DNA of 64,000 nt from Candidatus Saccharimonadota bacterium. Lineage in GTDB: Bacteria; Patescibacteriota; Saccharimonadia; Saccharimonadales; AQU-01. Under the pieces are notes generated by a model. That model made no database searches and was not told the origin of the DNA. It worked only from the letters and a program-made list of their open reading frames with translations. The position numbers and the translations under genes were made by a program. Location: assembly GCA_037137935.1 (NCBI GenBank), contig JBAXJI010000002.1:12218-76217 (forward strand). Direction: 5' to 3'. Positions 35,342 through 45,385 of this stretch are shown here, one piece after another; the stretch's first letter is position 1, and each line of letters begins with the position of its first letter.

Positions 35342-36361
35342 ATGAAAACAAGAGTCGCAATTAACGGATTTGGCCGCATAGGTCGAAATGCTTTTAAGAT
35401 TGCTTTTGACCGAAGTGACATCGAGATTGTAGCTATAAATGACATAACTGATACGAAAACTTTAGCTTACTTATTGAAACACGATAGCAATTACGGTACA
35501 TACAGTCACGAAGTTGGCCACGACGACACTAATCTAATTGTCGATGGTAAGCCGATTAAAATATTAGCCGAAAAAGATCCGGCCGCTTTGCCATGGAAAG
35601 ATTTAGCCGTTGATATTGTAATCGAATCAACTGGATTTTTTGTCGATCCGGCAAAAGCTAAAGCTCATATTGATGCTGGTGCCAAGAAAGTGGTCCTTAG
35701 TGGTCCAGCCAAGGGTGATGGTGCGACGACAGTAGTGCTTGGCGTTAATGAGGATAAATTAGAGACCGCAGAAGATATAATCTCTAACGCTTCATGTACC
35801 ACCAACTGTATTACGCCAGTGGCGGCTGTTATCGAGAATGCTTTTGGTATCGAGAAAGCCATGATGACGACCGTTCATAGTTATACTGCTAGTCAAAAAC
35901 TGCAAGATGCACCTTCAAAAGATTTACGTGAAGGCCGCAACGCTGCTGAAAATATCGTGCCAACTACGACAGGCGCTTCCAAGGCCGCGGCTCTTGCTCT
36001 ACCGGCATTGGCAGGTATATTTGGTGGTCTGAGCGTGCGTGTACCGACCCCAGTTGTGTCACTTAGCGATTTTGTCATCATCACTAAGCGCGACGTCACA
36101 GTTGAAGAAGTTAACGAAGTATTTAAAAAAGCTGCCAAAGAACCATTTTACCAAGGAATACTTGAAGTAACTGAAGAAGAACTTGTTTCGAGTGATTTTA
36201 TTGGCAACAGTCATTCAGCCATCGTCGACTTAAACTTAACGGCCGTGGTTGCCGGTAATATGTTAAAAGTTGTCGCTTGGTACGACAACGAATGGGGCTA
36301 CAGTAACCGATTAGTAGAAGTAGTTGCTGACACTGGCCGCATACTCAATAAAGGAAAATAA
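35342..36361 (+). CDS. gap: Glyceraldehyde-3-phosphate dehydrogenase
   Basis: INGFGRIGR NAD motif, active site SNASCTTNC, and WYDNEWGYS. Confidence 0.95.
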   Translation: MKTRVAINGFGRIGRNAFKIAFDRSDIEIVAINDITDTKTLAYLLKHDSNYGTYSHEVGHDDTNLIVDGKPIKILAEKDPAALPWKDLAVDIVIESTGFFVDPAKAKAHIDAGAKKVVLSGPAKGDGATTVVLGVNEDKLETAEDIISNASCTTNCITPVAAVIENAFGIEKAMMTTVHSYTASQKLQDAPSKDLREGRNAAENIVPTTTGASKAAALALPALAGIFGGLSVRVPTPVVSLSDFVIITKRDVTVEEVNEVFKKAAKEPFYQGILEVTEEELVSSDFIGNSHSAIVDLNLTAVVAGNMLKVVAWYDNEWGYSNRLVEVVADTGRILNKGK

Positions 36362-36811
36362 ATGCATATCTATATAGGTGCTGATCATCGTGGCTTTGAA
36401 CTAAAAAAAGTTATTAAAGACTTTTTGTTATCTCAAAACTATTCTGTCACTGATGTTGGCGACGAACGCATGGATCCTGATGATGATTATCCGCAGTTCG
36501 CTGGGCGATGCGCTACGGCTGTACTTGGCAGTAGCGACAAAGATGCTAGAGGCATTTTGATATGTAGTAGCGGTCAAGGAATGTGCATCTCTGCTAATCG
36601 CTATAAAGGTATAAGAGCCGCGCTTGGTCACGATGTAGAGGCAGCACGCTCATCTCGTAACGACGACGACACCAATGTATTGTGTTTGCCAGCTGAGCTT
36701 GCCGACAACCGTGCTTGGGAGGATATAGTTTTGGCATTCCTGGATACTCGTTTTGCGGCATCTGCCCGATTTATGCGACGAAATAAAGCCATGGATGAGC
36801 TAGGTAATTAA
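36362..36811 (+). CDS. rpiB: Ribose-5-phosphate isomerase B
   Basis: IGADHRGFELK and ILICSSGQGMCISANR are RpiB/LacAB signatures. Confidence 0.9.
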   Translation: MHIYIGADHRGFELKKVIKDFLLSQNYSVTDVGDERMDPDDDYPQFAGRCATAVLGSSDKDARGILICSSGQGMCISANRYKGIRAALGHDVEAARSSRNDDDTNVLCLPAELADNRAWEDIVLAFLDTRFAASARFMRRNKAMDELGN

Positions 36812-37444
36812 ATGGCAGTCATATGCCCAACGGTTACGACTGATGATCCGCATGTATATCGCCAACAAGTAGAAAAGGTCGCGGCGTTCGCCAATCGTAT
36901 CCATATCGACTTAGCTGACGGAATACTGGCGCCCATTAAGCTATTGTCTATAGATAAGTTGTGGATTCCAGATGATCTAATTGTCGACATTCATCTTATG
37001 TATCAAGATCCTGCTAGTGTGGTTGATAAAATAATCGAATTAAAGCCGAATCTATTAGTGTTTCACGCCGAGGCCGATGGAAACTTTGCTGAAATAGCCT
37101 CAAAATTGCAATCTGCAGGAGTAAAAGTTGGTCTAGCGCTTTTAGCATCTACAGAAGTTGATACCATTAAGGACGTCATAGGTTCCGTTGACCACGTGTT
37201 AGTTTTTAGCGGTAATCTTGGATATTTTGGAGGTACGGCTGATCTTGAACTTCTAGATAAGGTTAGTGACCTCAAGCAATTAAAGCCAGAGTTGGAAGTC
37301 GGTTGGGACGGTGGCATTAACGACTATAACGCAAAAGGTTTGACCCAAGGCGGAGTAGACGTACTAAACGTCGGTGGTTATATTCAAAAATCAGAGCATC
37401 CCGAAAAAGCTTATGCTACACTTATGGAGGCGATAAAGAAGTAG
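36812..37444 (+). CDS. Divergent ribulose-phosphate 3-epimerase-like TIM-barrel protein
   Basis: IHIDLADG, VFHAEA and GWDGGIN align with Rpe metal and phosphate motifs. The pentose-phosphate operon context supports the call, but the sequence is divergent. Confidence 0.6.
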   Translation: MAVICPTVTTDDPHVYRQQVEKVAAFANRIHIDLADGILAPIKLLSIDKLWIPDDLIVDIHLMYQDPASVVDKIIELKPNLLVFHAEADGNFAEIASKLQSAGVKVGLALLASTEVDTIKDVIGSVDHVLVFSGNLGYFGGTADLELLDKVSDLKQLKPELEVGWDGGINDYNAKGLTQGGVDVLNVGGYIQKSEHPEKAYATLMEAIKK

Positions 37445-37446
37445 AA

Positions 37447-38313
37447 TTGATGAAAATGACCCAAAAACTAACAATTACTGAACTAGAGACAATAGCTAAT
37501 AATATTCGTATTGATATTATAAAGATGCTAGAACGTGCCGGCAGTGGCCATAGCGCTGGTCCGATGGATTTAGCAGACATTTTTACTGCTCTATATTTTG
37601 ATATTTTAAAACACGATCCTAAGAAACCAGATTGGGATCAACGCGATATTTTATTACTAAGCAACGGACACTGTGTGCCAGTACTCTATGCCACTATGGC
37701 TCAGGCTGGATATTTTGAACGTGAAGAACTTATGACTTTGCGAAAATTTGGCTCTAGACTTCAAGGTCATCCTGAACGGAATCGTCTACCAGGCCTAGAG
37801 AATACTAGTGGTCCACTTGGTTGTGGTCTGAGTCAGGCCGCCGGTATGGCATTAGCTATGAGGATGAATCACCAGTTACATCGTTATATATATGTAGTTA
37901 TGGGTGACGGCGAGCAGAACGAAGGCAATGTTTGGGAAGCCGCCATGTTGGTGTCTAAATATAAGCTCAATAATGTGATAGCTATAACTGACCGCAATAA
38001 TATACAAATTGACGGTCCTACTGAGCTAGTTATGCCGTTAGAGGATCTAAGGGCTAAGTGGGAGGCCTTCGGCTGGCATGTTATAGAAATTGACGGCAAC
38101 AATATTGAAGCCTTTATTGATGCAACGGCTATGGCGCGAGCAATAGTCGAGAAGCCGGTGATGATAATCGCGCATACTGTTGCTGGCAAGGGAGTTGATT
38201 TTATGGAGTATGACTTCCATTGGCATGGTACGGCCCCTAATGCCGAACAAGCTAAATTGGCGCTACACGAGCTACGGACACTTGGCGGTAAGATTAAATC
38301 GGAGCACCAATAA
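37447..38313 (+). CDS. Transketolase, N-terminal (TPP-binding) subunit
   Basis: GSGHSAGPMDLADIFTALYF and MGDGEQNEGNVWEA, in the split-gene form. Confidence 0.9.
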   Translation: MMKMTQKLTITELETIANNIRIDIIKMLERAGSGHSAGPMDLADIFTALYFDILKHDPKKPDWDQRDILLLSNGHCVPVLYATMAQAGYFEREELMTLRKFGSRLQGHPERNRLPGLENTSGPLGCGLSQAAGMALAMRMNHQLHRYIYVVMGDGEQNEGNVWEAAMLVSKYKLNNVIAITDRNNIQIDGPTELVMPLEDLRAKWEAFGWHVIEIDGNNIEAFIDATAMARAIVEKPVMIIAHTVAGKGVDFMEYDFHWHGTAPNAEQAKLALHELRTLGGKIKSEHQ

Positions 38314-38315
38314 TT

Positions 38316-39305
38316 ATGACAAACTTACATCTTGTAGATAGTATGAAATTAAAAGACGTAGTTATTGAACCTATCAGAAAAGGTTTTGGCAGAGGTCTGC
38401 TAGAGGCCGGAAAGCGCAATGAAAATGTAGTTGCTGTTTGCGCCGATTTGACCGACTCGACTCAGATTAGTTTATTTGCAAAAGAATTTCCGGAAAGATT
38501 TGTTGAAGTTGGAATAGCCGAACAAAACCTCGTTACTGTTGGCTCAGGACTAGCAGCTCAAGGAAAAATTCCATTTGTTAGCAGTTACGCTGCATTTAGC
38601 CCTGGCCGTAATTGGGAGCAGATTCGTACGACTATATGCTTGAACGACCGCCCGGTGAAAATTGTTGGTTCACACGCTGGGCTATATACAGGTGCGGACG
38701 GCGCAACTCATCAAATGCTTGAAGACATCGCCTTAATGAGAGTATTGCCCAATATGGTAGTTATAGCTCCGGGTGATTCATTGGAAGCGGAAAAAGCCAC
38801 GCTAGCCATGGCCGATGACAGCCGGCCTAACTATATTCGTTTATCGCGTGAGGCAACGCCAATTATGACAACCGCAAAATCTCCGTTCGAGATTGGGAAA
38901 GCTTATGTATACACTGGCGGTACAGACGTGACTATTATTAGTACCGGCACAATGACTTATCAAGCGATGTTGGCAGCCGAAATGTTGTTCAAGGACGGTA
39001 TAGACGCTGAAGTTGTCCATGTGCCAACAATTAAGCCACTTGATAATGTAACTATTCTTGAGAGTGCTCGTAAAACCGGCTTAGTTATTACTGTTGAGGA
39101 GGCTCAGATTAACGGTGGTCTGGGTGGAGCAGTAGCAGAATTATTAGGCGAAGAATTGCCAACGCACATTAAACGACTTGGCATGAGAGATCATTTTGGT
39201 GAATCTGGTAAGCCAGAAGAATTATTTGAAAGCTTTGGCCTAACCGCTAAGCATATAGCGCTTGCCGCACACGAAATTAGCAGTAATAAGAAAGCTAGGA
39301 GTTAA
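38316..39305 (+). CDS. Transketolase, C-terminal (pyrimidine-binding) subunit
   Basis: FVEVGIAEQNLVTVGSGLA, GATHQMLEDIALMR and EEAQINGGLG. Confidence 0.9.
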   Translation: MTNLHLVDSMKLKDVVIEPIRKGFGRGLLEAGKRNENVVAVCADLTDSTQISLFAKEFPERFVEVGIAEQNLVTVGSGLAAQGKIPFVSSYAAFSPGRNWEQIRTTICLNDRPVKIVGSHAGLYTGADGATHQMLEDIALMRVLPNMVVIAPGDSLEAEKATLAMADDSRPNYIRLSREATPIMTTAKSPFEIGKAYVYTGGTDVTIISTGTMTYQAMLAAEMLFKDGIDAEVVHVPTIKPLDNVTILESARKTGLVITVEEAQINGGLGGAVAELLGEELPTHIKRLGMRDHFGESGKPEELFESFGLTAKHIALAAHEISSNKKARS

Positions 39306-39306
39306 C

Positions 39307-40221
39307 ATGTCACTAACTTTAGAACAAATGCAGGCCAATTGTGCTGCAGCCAGAGCTGCTATTGCCAGAGCGCGAGCAGAGCATTTTGCACTCGGTGCTT
39401 TCAATCTAGACAATCAAGAAACTCTAATTGCTGTAGTTAGGGCTGCCAAATCCAAGAACGCTCCAGTTCTCGTCGAGGTCAGCAAAGGAGAGGTTGATGC
39501 CCTTGGGTTAGATAATGTGCGTGACATGGTAGACAACTATAAGGCCGATATTGGCGTCGAAATGTACATAAATCTCGACCACTCTCCTACAGTAGAGGAT
39601 GCCATTGCAGGCATAAACGCAGGATTCGAATTTATCCATATTGATATATCTCAATCTAATCACGATGCAACAGAAGAAGAAATTATCGCCAAAACAAAAG
39701 AAGTTGTAGAAGCAGCCAAAAAAACTGGCGCCTTAGTAGAAAGTGAGCCACATTATTTTGGTGGTGGATCAAATGTATTTACGGAAGCTTTCGATTACGA
39801 AGAAATTAAGAAAACGTTTAGTACTCCTGAAGATGCTAAATACTTTGTAGAAGCCACAGGTATCGATACCTACGCCGCAGCAATTGGGAATTTACACGGA
39901 AGCTATCCAGTCCCCAAGGTATTAGACCTAGAATTATTACAAAGGGTTCGTGATTCGATTGATTGCAATATTAGTTTGCACGGAGGAAGCGGCACCCCGG
40001 GGAATTATTTTGTCGATGCTGTTCGCATTGGAGTCACAAAAGTTAACATCAACTCTGATATGCGTCGTGCCTACCGCGATACTCTAGAGAAGGCACTTCA
40101 CGATAATCCTACGGAATACGCCGTTGTTAAGCTTATGGATGGTGTGATTAAAGCAGTTCAGGCGGTAGTAGAAAGTAAGATTGATATGTTTAATTCGTCA
40201 GGTAAGGCGCAGATTAGTTAA
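39307..40221 (+). CDS. fba: Class II fructose-bisphosphate aldolase
   Basis: ATG 39307 follows an AGGAG SD; the track start at 39262 overlaps tkt and is rejected. Motifs: GAFNLDN, INLDHS, LHGGSG. Confidence 0.9.
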   Translation: MSLTLEQMQANCAAARAAIARARAEHFALGAFNLDNQETLIAVVRAAKSKNAPVLVEVSKGEVDALGLDNVRDMVDNYKADIGVEMYINLDHSPTVEDAIAGINAGFEFIHIDISQSNHDATEEEIIAKTKEVVEAAKKTGALVESEPHYFGGGSNVFTEAFDYEEIKKTFSTPEDAKYFVEATGIDTYAAAIGNLHGSYPVPKVLDLELLQRVRDSIDCNISLHGGSGTPGNYFVDAVRIGVTKVNINSDMRRAYRDTLEKALHDNPTEYAVVKLMDGVIKAVQAVVESKIDMFNSSGKAQIS

Positions 40222-40284
40222 TATTTGGTAGTTTGAACCAGTTGTGGCACAATTAAGCTTAAGCAATATAAACGTGGGGGTGGA

Positions 40285-41295
40285 ATGAGTGATAGCGGTC
40301 AACTAGATGTTTTAGCGATTGGTGACGTGGTTACTGATGCGTTTATTAAACTTCTTGATGACAGGGCTGTTACTTATGACAATGATCAAGGTAAATGGTT
40401 GGCTATGCCTTTTGCCACCAAGATACCATTTGACCACGCCACTATAATTGAGGGTGTAGGCAATGCCGCAAATGCCGCAGTTAGTTTTGCAAGACTTGGA
40501 CTACGTAGTGGATTAGTATCAAATGTCGGCAGCGATCAGCACGGCAGAGATATGATTGCCGCACTACATAAGAGTAAGGTTGATGCCCGTTTTGTCCATA
40601 TAAACAGCGGCAAGATTAGTAATTATCATTATGTTTTATGGTACAAAGAAGAGCGAACGATACTAATTAAGCATGAAGAATACGACTATCAGTGGCCAAG
40701 ATTCCGCCCTGTTGATGTGCCAAAATGGATATATTTTAGCTCGATTAGCAAAAACGCCCTCGATACTTATCACGATCATGTTGCAGAGTGGCTAGACAAT
40801 AACCCAGAAGTTAACCTGGCGTTTCAGCCTGGAACTTTCCAGTTAGAAGCTGGCGCTGAGCGTTTAGCAGCCTTGTATCGTCGCACTGCTATATTAGTGG
40901 TAAACCGCGAAGAAGCAGTCAAAATAAGTGGTGGAAATTATGACGATATTCATGACTTGTTTAATAAATTGCATGGAATCGGTCCACAGGTTGTAGTGAT
41001 TACAGATGGGCCAGATGGTGCCTATGCGAGTGACGGTGAGAATAGATTTAAAATGCCATCTTATCCTGACCCTGCGCCGCCTTTTGAGCGAACTGGAGCC
41101 GGTGATGCGTTTGCTAGTACTTTTGTAGCTGCCATTATGAAAGGCAAGAGCTTAGAAGAAGCTATGCGCTGGGGGCCAATTAACTCGATGAGTGTTGTTC
41201 AGCAGGTTGGCGCGCAGAATGGTCTAATAACTGACGAAGAGTTAGAAGAGTTGTTATCTAGAGCTCCTGAGTGGTATCACCCAGAGCGCTTCTAG
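40285..41295 (+). CDS. PfkB-family carbohydrate kinase
   Basis: VLAIGDVVTDAF N-terminus, the GAGDAFASTF anion-hole motif, and a GGGGGTGG SD. Confidence 0.8.
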   Translation: MSDSGQLDVLAIGDVVTDAFIKLLDDRAVTYDNDQGKWLAMPFATKIPFDHATIIEGVGNAANAAVSFARLGLRSGLVSNVGSDQHGRDMIAALHKSKVDARFVHINSGKISNYHYVLWYKEERTILIKHEEYDYQWPRFRPVDVPKWIYFSSISKNALDTYHDHVAEWLDNNPEVNLAFQPGTFQLEAGAERLAALYRRTAILVVNREEAVKISGGNYDDIHDLFNKLHGIGPQVVVITDGPDGAYASDGENRFKMPSYPDPAPPFERTGAGDAFASTFVAAIMKGKSLEEAMRWGPINSMSVVQQVGAQNGLITDEELEELLSRAPEWYHPERF

Positions 41296-41304
41296 GTTAT
41301 TGAT

Positions 41305-41336
41305 TCATTTATGCATTGACCATTGATACATTAATT
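41305..41336. repeat. CATTGA-rich intergenic element (copy 2, partial)
   Basis: TCATTTATGCATTGACCATTGATACATTAATT matches 32761-32792 at 30/32 positions. Both copies begin 8-9 nt after a stop codon. Confidence 0.6.
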
Positions 41337-41430
41337 GACCCATTTGGCATGTGTTATTGTCGCTTCAATGCTAAATATATTTAATCTTGCTATTTCACTG
41401 AAGCCTCTAAACTGTTATGCTTATGCTAAT

Positions 41431-42687
41431 ATGTCGTGGGTTTTATCAGAATTATTAGAGGCTCCAGAGCCATTATTTAGTCAGACCGTGCATGAGCTAG
41501 AACTGGCTAGTGGTTCTCGTGGCATTGATGTTAAATTGTCAACAGAACTTGACCAAAACTATCAGCTAAAAGCGCGTGAACTAGGTTTAGACCAGCATGA
41601 CACCCACGGTCAAGAGCTGTACCATGCCTTGCAGGCTTTAACAGAAAAACATGACTTATTTCTGGCTCGTTCACTAGGTATAAAGGATCCCCATAACGTA
41701 GCTGAGACTTTGACAAAGATTAAGGCAAAAGTAGACAAGCTTGATATACCGATGACATGTTGGGCAATTAAGCACAGCGTTGCCAAGAAGTTATTAAAAC
41801 AAACTCCCCCTAAAAAAGTTATGAAGCTTCTTGGATATCGTTCGGTCGATTCCATGCTAAAAAGAGAGAATATTGATGAGCTGTTTGGTTCTCTTAGATT
41901 TGTAGAAAGTAGTCAGTGGCTAATAAGATTCGTTAAAACTTATAAAAAGTTACAACCTCAAGATTTTGAGACTAGAAAGATCAAAATTATAGAATTGCCA
42001 GAGAAGCGTTGGGGTATAAAAGCTAGCGAATATGTTAGTAGTAAGAGGCTTAACATTACTCATCTTAAGGAAATGGGGGTAGTTGTGCTGTTGCCTATGC
42101 CAGTTTCGAAGTTGCGAGGCGTTTGTCTTGCTGTTCTGCTACTAACTCTGCATTACATTGATGAGATCAGGACGTATAGCGCACTATTTAAGCTGGAGCA
42201 AGTTCGGCCAGACTTTGCCGCTAATCTGATCAATACACTTATTAATGATCCTAGTGACTCATTTTCTTTGCTTGGTAGACCAGTACACTGGCGAATCCTA
42301 AAGAAGCATTTCGGTAGAAGCAGGGTTGGTTATTTACCAGAAGTATTTGAACCTCACATTCAGGTCGATGATATGCTTTGGCGCAGAGCAGAAGAAGTGT
42401 TGTATAAGATTGAGCCGGCTCTTAAATTTTGGGAATCAATGGAATTTTCTGGTGTAAGTTATGGTGGCAAGCCAGTATCTTTTAATCTTATGGATAACGC
42501 AGTCAACTATTGCAACAATCTTGATTACTCGGAACGGGTGACGCATCATCTTCAAAATAGTTTGTGGAATGAGTTGTTGACAAGATATATAAGCCACAAA
42601 GACCTCGAAGATATGCTGCTTCAACAGTTGGATCAAGGCCAGACAAAATACGGAATACTAACCAGTTTAAACGGGGGTAAGATATGA
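41431..42687 (+). CDS. Hypothetical protein (no recognisable domain), translationally coupled to the downstream LOG-like gene
   Basis: The track ORF begins at TTG 41335, inside the repeat element. I prefer ATG 41431 (MSWVLSELLEAPEPLF), and 41368 is also possible. It is helical-looking and cytosolic, and its stop overlaps the next start (ATGA). Confidence 0.4.
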   Translation: MSWVLSELLEAPEPLFSQTVHELELASGSRGIDVKLSTELDQNYQLKARELGLDQHDTHGQELYHALQALTEKHDLFLARSLGIKDPHNVAETLTKIKAKVDKLDIPMTCWAIKHSVAKKLLKQTPPKKVMKLLGYRSVDSMLKRENIDELFGSLRFVESSQWLIRFVKTYKKLQPQDFETRKIKIIELPEKRWGIKASEYVSSKRLNITHLKEMGVVVLLPMPVSKLRGVCLAVLLLTLHYIDEIRTYSALFKLEQVRPDFAANLINTLINDPSDSFSLLGRPVHWRILKKHFGRSRVGYLPEVFEPHIQVDDMLWRRAEEVLYKIEPALKFWESMEFSGVSYGGKPVSFNLMDNAVNYCNNLDYSERVTHHLQNSLWNELLTRYISHKDLEDMLLQQLDQGQTKYGILTSLNGGKI

Positions 42688-43313
42688 ATTATACGATATG
42701 TGTATCAGGTGCAGCGGGTGGCGATACTGTAGAAACTTCAAGTAAATTAGCAGAAAGAATCGGCACGGCTATCGCCAAGTCGGGTCACATAACAACTACT
42801 GGCGCTACTGTTGGATTACCTTATTTCGCGGCCAGAGCAGCAACAAAAGCTGGTGGCATGAGCATAGGATTCTCTCCAGCAGCCTCTTTAAGAGAGCACA
42901 TTTATAAATACCGGTTACCAATTGGGATATATGATTTTGTTAACTTCACGGGTATGCATTATGTAGGTCGTGATGTTTTATTGGTGCAATCCAGTGACGC
43001 AATTATTACCGTTGGGGGTAGATTCGGCAGTCTTCATGAGTTCACTACGGCCCTAGAGTCCAATATGCCGTGTGGAGTGTTGCTAGGAAGTGGCGGAACT
43101 GCAGATTTGATACCGGGCTTACTCGAGAAATTAGAGCATGCTCATAAAGAGTTGATAGTAATGGACGAGAATCCCGAAAAGTTAGTCGCCAAGATAGTCA
43201 AAATGCTAGACAAGGACCATAAGGACATAGATACCGACAGCTTGGCATCGCATTGGTACTTGGACGGAAACGACGGCCATATAACACGTAAAGCTCATAA
43301 CAAAGCCGGTTGA
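42684..43313 (+). CDS. TIGR00725 / LOG-superfamily (SLOG) Rossmann protein
   Basis: ICVSGAAGGD N-terminal glycine loop. SSDAIITVGGRFGSLHEFTTAL matches the LOG-type GGxGTxxE motif region. Confidence 0.65.
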   Translation: MNYTICVSGAAGGDTVETSSKLAERIGTAIAKSGHITTTGATVGLPYFAARAATKAGGMSIGFSPAASLREHIYKYRLPIGIYDFVNFTGMHYVGRDVLLVQSSDAIITVGGRFGSLHEFTTALESNMPCGVLLGSGGTADLIPGLLEKLEHAHKELIVMDENPEKLVAKIVKMLDKDHKDIDTDSLASHWYLDGNDGHITRKAHNKAG

Positions 43314-43369
43314 TTGGTGTTGCTGTTATCAAGTTAAGATAGTTGCCCTCACCCTGTTATAATAGGTGG

Positions 43370-45346
43370 GTGAATAAATTTGAACTAAAGTCTGACTATA
43401 AACCTACTGGCGACCAACCATCGGCTATTGCACAGCTAACGGCCGGTCTGGCTAAGGGCGATAAAGAACAAGTGCTTTTGGGTGTGACGGGGTCTGGCAA
43501 GACCTTTACCATGGCCAATATCATACAAAATGTTCAGAAGCCGACTCTAATTCTTAGCCACAACAAAACTCTTGCAGCTCAGCTTTATGGTGAGTTTAAA
43601 AAGTTCTTTCCCAATAATCCGGTACATTATTTTGTAAGTTACTTTGATTACTACCAGCCAGAGGCATACATTGCTAGGTCTGACACTTATATCGAAAAAG
43701 ACTCACAGATTAACGAAGAGATTGACCGACTAAGGCACGCTGCGACCGATTCGTTGCTATCAAGAAGTGACGTAATTATTGTTGCCAGCGTAAGTTGTAT
43801 TTATGGTATTGGGTCGGTGGAGGACTACGGTAATCTAGCAATTGAAGTAAAAAAAGGTGAACGCCGAGTTCGCGATAAATTCTTACGTCAATTAACCGAT
43901 ATTCAGTATCAACGTAATGATATAGATTTTCATCGTGGAACATTTCGTGTTCATGGTGATGTTGTCGATATTTTTCCTGCTGGTGAAGAGCTAGCTTATA
44001 GAGTTGACTTTTTTGGTGACGATGTTGAGCGAATAACAAAAATCGACCCCTTGACTGGAGAAATTCTAGGCGACCTTAAGGATTTTAAAATTTTCCCGAG
44101 CTCACACTATGTTACTCCTTACGACAAGCTAAAGGGCGCTATTATAAATATAGAGGCCGAACTTAAACAGCGGTTAGCATTGTTTAAAAAGAATGGTCAA
44201 CTACTGGAGGCGCAACGACTTGAGCAGCGTACTAGATTTGATATTGAGATGATGGCAGAAACTGGGTTTGTTAAGGGTATCGAAAACTACAGTCGCTATT
44301 TGACTAACCGTGAGCCAGGTGAGCAGCCGGCGACTCTGCTAGATTATTTTCCTGATGATTATTTGATGTTTATCGACGAATCACACATGACCTTGCCTCA
44401 AGTTCGCGGTATGTATAACGGTGATCGCGCCCGTAAGGAAGTACTGGTTGACTATGGATTTCGATTGCCAAGCGCATTAGACAATAGGCCTCTGACATTT
44501 ACAGAATTCGATAAACATATCAACAAAGTTATTTATGTGAGTGCTACTCCGGCCGAATACGAACTTAGTCGTAGTCCAGAGCCAGCCCAGCAAGTTATTC
44601 GACCTACTGGATTATTGGACCCAATAATTGAGCTCAGACCGATTGAAGGTCAAATCGACGATTTAATAGGCGAAATCAGAAAGACAATCGCTAAGCGTCA
44701 GAGAGTATTGATCACTACCCTCACCAAAAGAATGTCGGAAGATTTAACTGATTACCTCAAGGAAATAAATATCAAAGTCACTTATCTTCATAGCGATGTC
44801 GAGACCCTGGAGAGAACTGATATATTGCGAGATTTACGGCTGGGTATCTACGATGTGGTAGTTGGCATTAATCTGTTACGCGAAGGGTTGGATCTGCCTG
44901 AAGTTAGCTTAGTTGCGATATTGGACGCTGATAAAGAAGGGTTCCTAAGAAGTGAGCAGGCTCTTGTGCAAACAATTGGTAGAGCTGCTAGACACGAAGA
45001 AGGTCGAGTAATTATGTATGCCGATCGCATAACTGGCAGCATGAAACGCGCCATGGACGAGACTTCGCGGCGCCGTAAAATTCAACAAGAACATAACAAG
45101 GCTAACGGACTTAAGCCGGTTGGTATTTCTAGGACAATAGAAAAGGGTATGCGACCGGAATTAACCGAAGAAGCCAAGTCGATTAAGCTGAATCTAAATA
45201 AAATTCCTAAAGACGAATACAAGCATATTATCAAAGATTTGACGGCCCAGATGGATATGGCGGCCCTAAATCTTCAGTTTGAAACTGCAGCTGAACTGCG
45301 CGATATGATTTCTGACGTTAAGAAGCGTCTAGACTCGGGCAAGTAA
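43370..45346 (+). CDS. uvrB: Excinuclease ABC subunit B
   Basis: [21 protein letters not shown]-terminus (GTG 43370 preferred over TTG 43343). Walker [13 protein letters not shown] box and a C-terminal UVR motif ([11 protein letters not shown]). Confidence 0.95.
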   Translation: MNKFELKSDYKPTGDQPSAIAQLTAGLAKGDKEQVLLGVTGSGKTFTMANIIQNVQKPTLILSHNKTLAAQLYGEFKKFFPNNPVHYFVSYFDYYQPEAYIARSDTYIEKDSQINEEIDRLRHAATDSLLSRSDVIIVASVSCIYGIGSVEDYGNLAIEVKKGERRVRDKFLRQLTDIQYQRNDIDFHRGTFRVHGDVVDIFPAGEELAYRVDFFGDDVERITKIDPLTGEILGDLKDFKIFPSSHYVTPYDKLKGAIINIEAELKQRLALFKKNGQLLEAQRLEQRTRFDIEMMAETGFVKGIENYSRYLTNREPGEQPATLLDYFPDDYLMFIDESHMTLPQVRGMYNGDRARKEVLVDYGFRLPSALDNRPLTFTEFDKHINKVIYVSATPAEYELSRSPEPAQQVIRPTGLLDPIIELRPIEGQIDDLIGEIRKTIAKRQRVLITTLTKRMSEDLTDYLKEINIKVTYLHSDVETLERTDILRDLRLGIYDVVVGINLLREGLDLPEVSLVAILDADKEGFLRSEQALVQTIGRAARHEEGRVIMYADRITGSMKRAMDETSRRRKIQQEHNKANGLKPVGISRTIEKGMRPELTEEAKSIKLNLNKIPKDEYKHIIKDLTAQMDMAALNLQFETAAELRDMISDVKKRLDSGK

Positions 45347-45347
45347 C

Positions 45348-45376
45348 TTGCTAGTTTAGTAGAATAGTTGTATAAT
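45348..45376 (+). promoter_or_regulatory. Near-consensus promoter positioned for a leaderless transcript
   Basis: TTGCTA (45348-45353), 17-nt spacer, TATAAT (45371-45376). The ATG at 45386 is 9 nt after the -10 element, and there is no SD. Confidence 0.5.
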
Positions 45377-45385
45377 ATATTCATT

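Noticed and set aside
39262-40221. Longer fba ORF starting at 39262, and similar upstream alternative starts at 3852, 34894, 41335, 43343, 45368, 46264, 49877 and 57107
   Set aside because: These are non-ATG codons that overlap the upstream gene, a promoter or a repeat element. A downstream ATG or GTG matches the conserved N-terminus of the family or has a better SD or promoter context.
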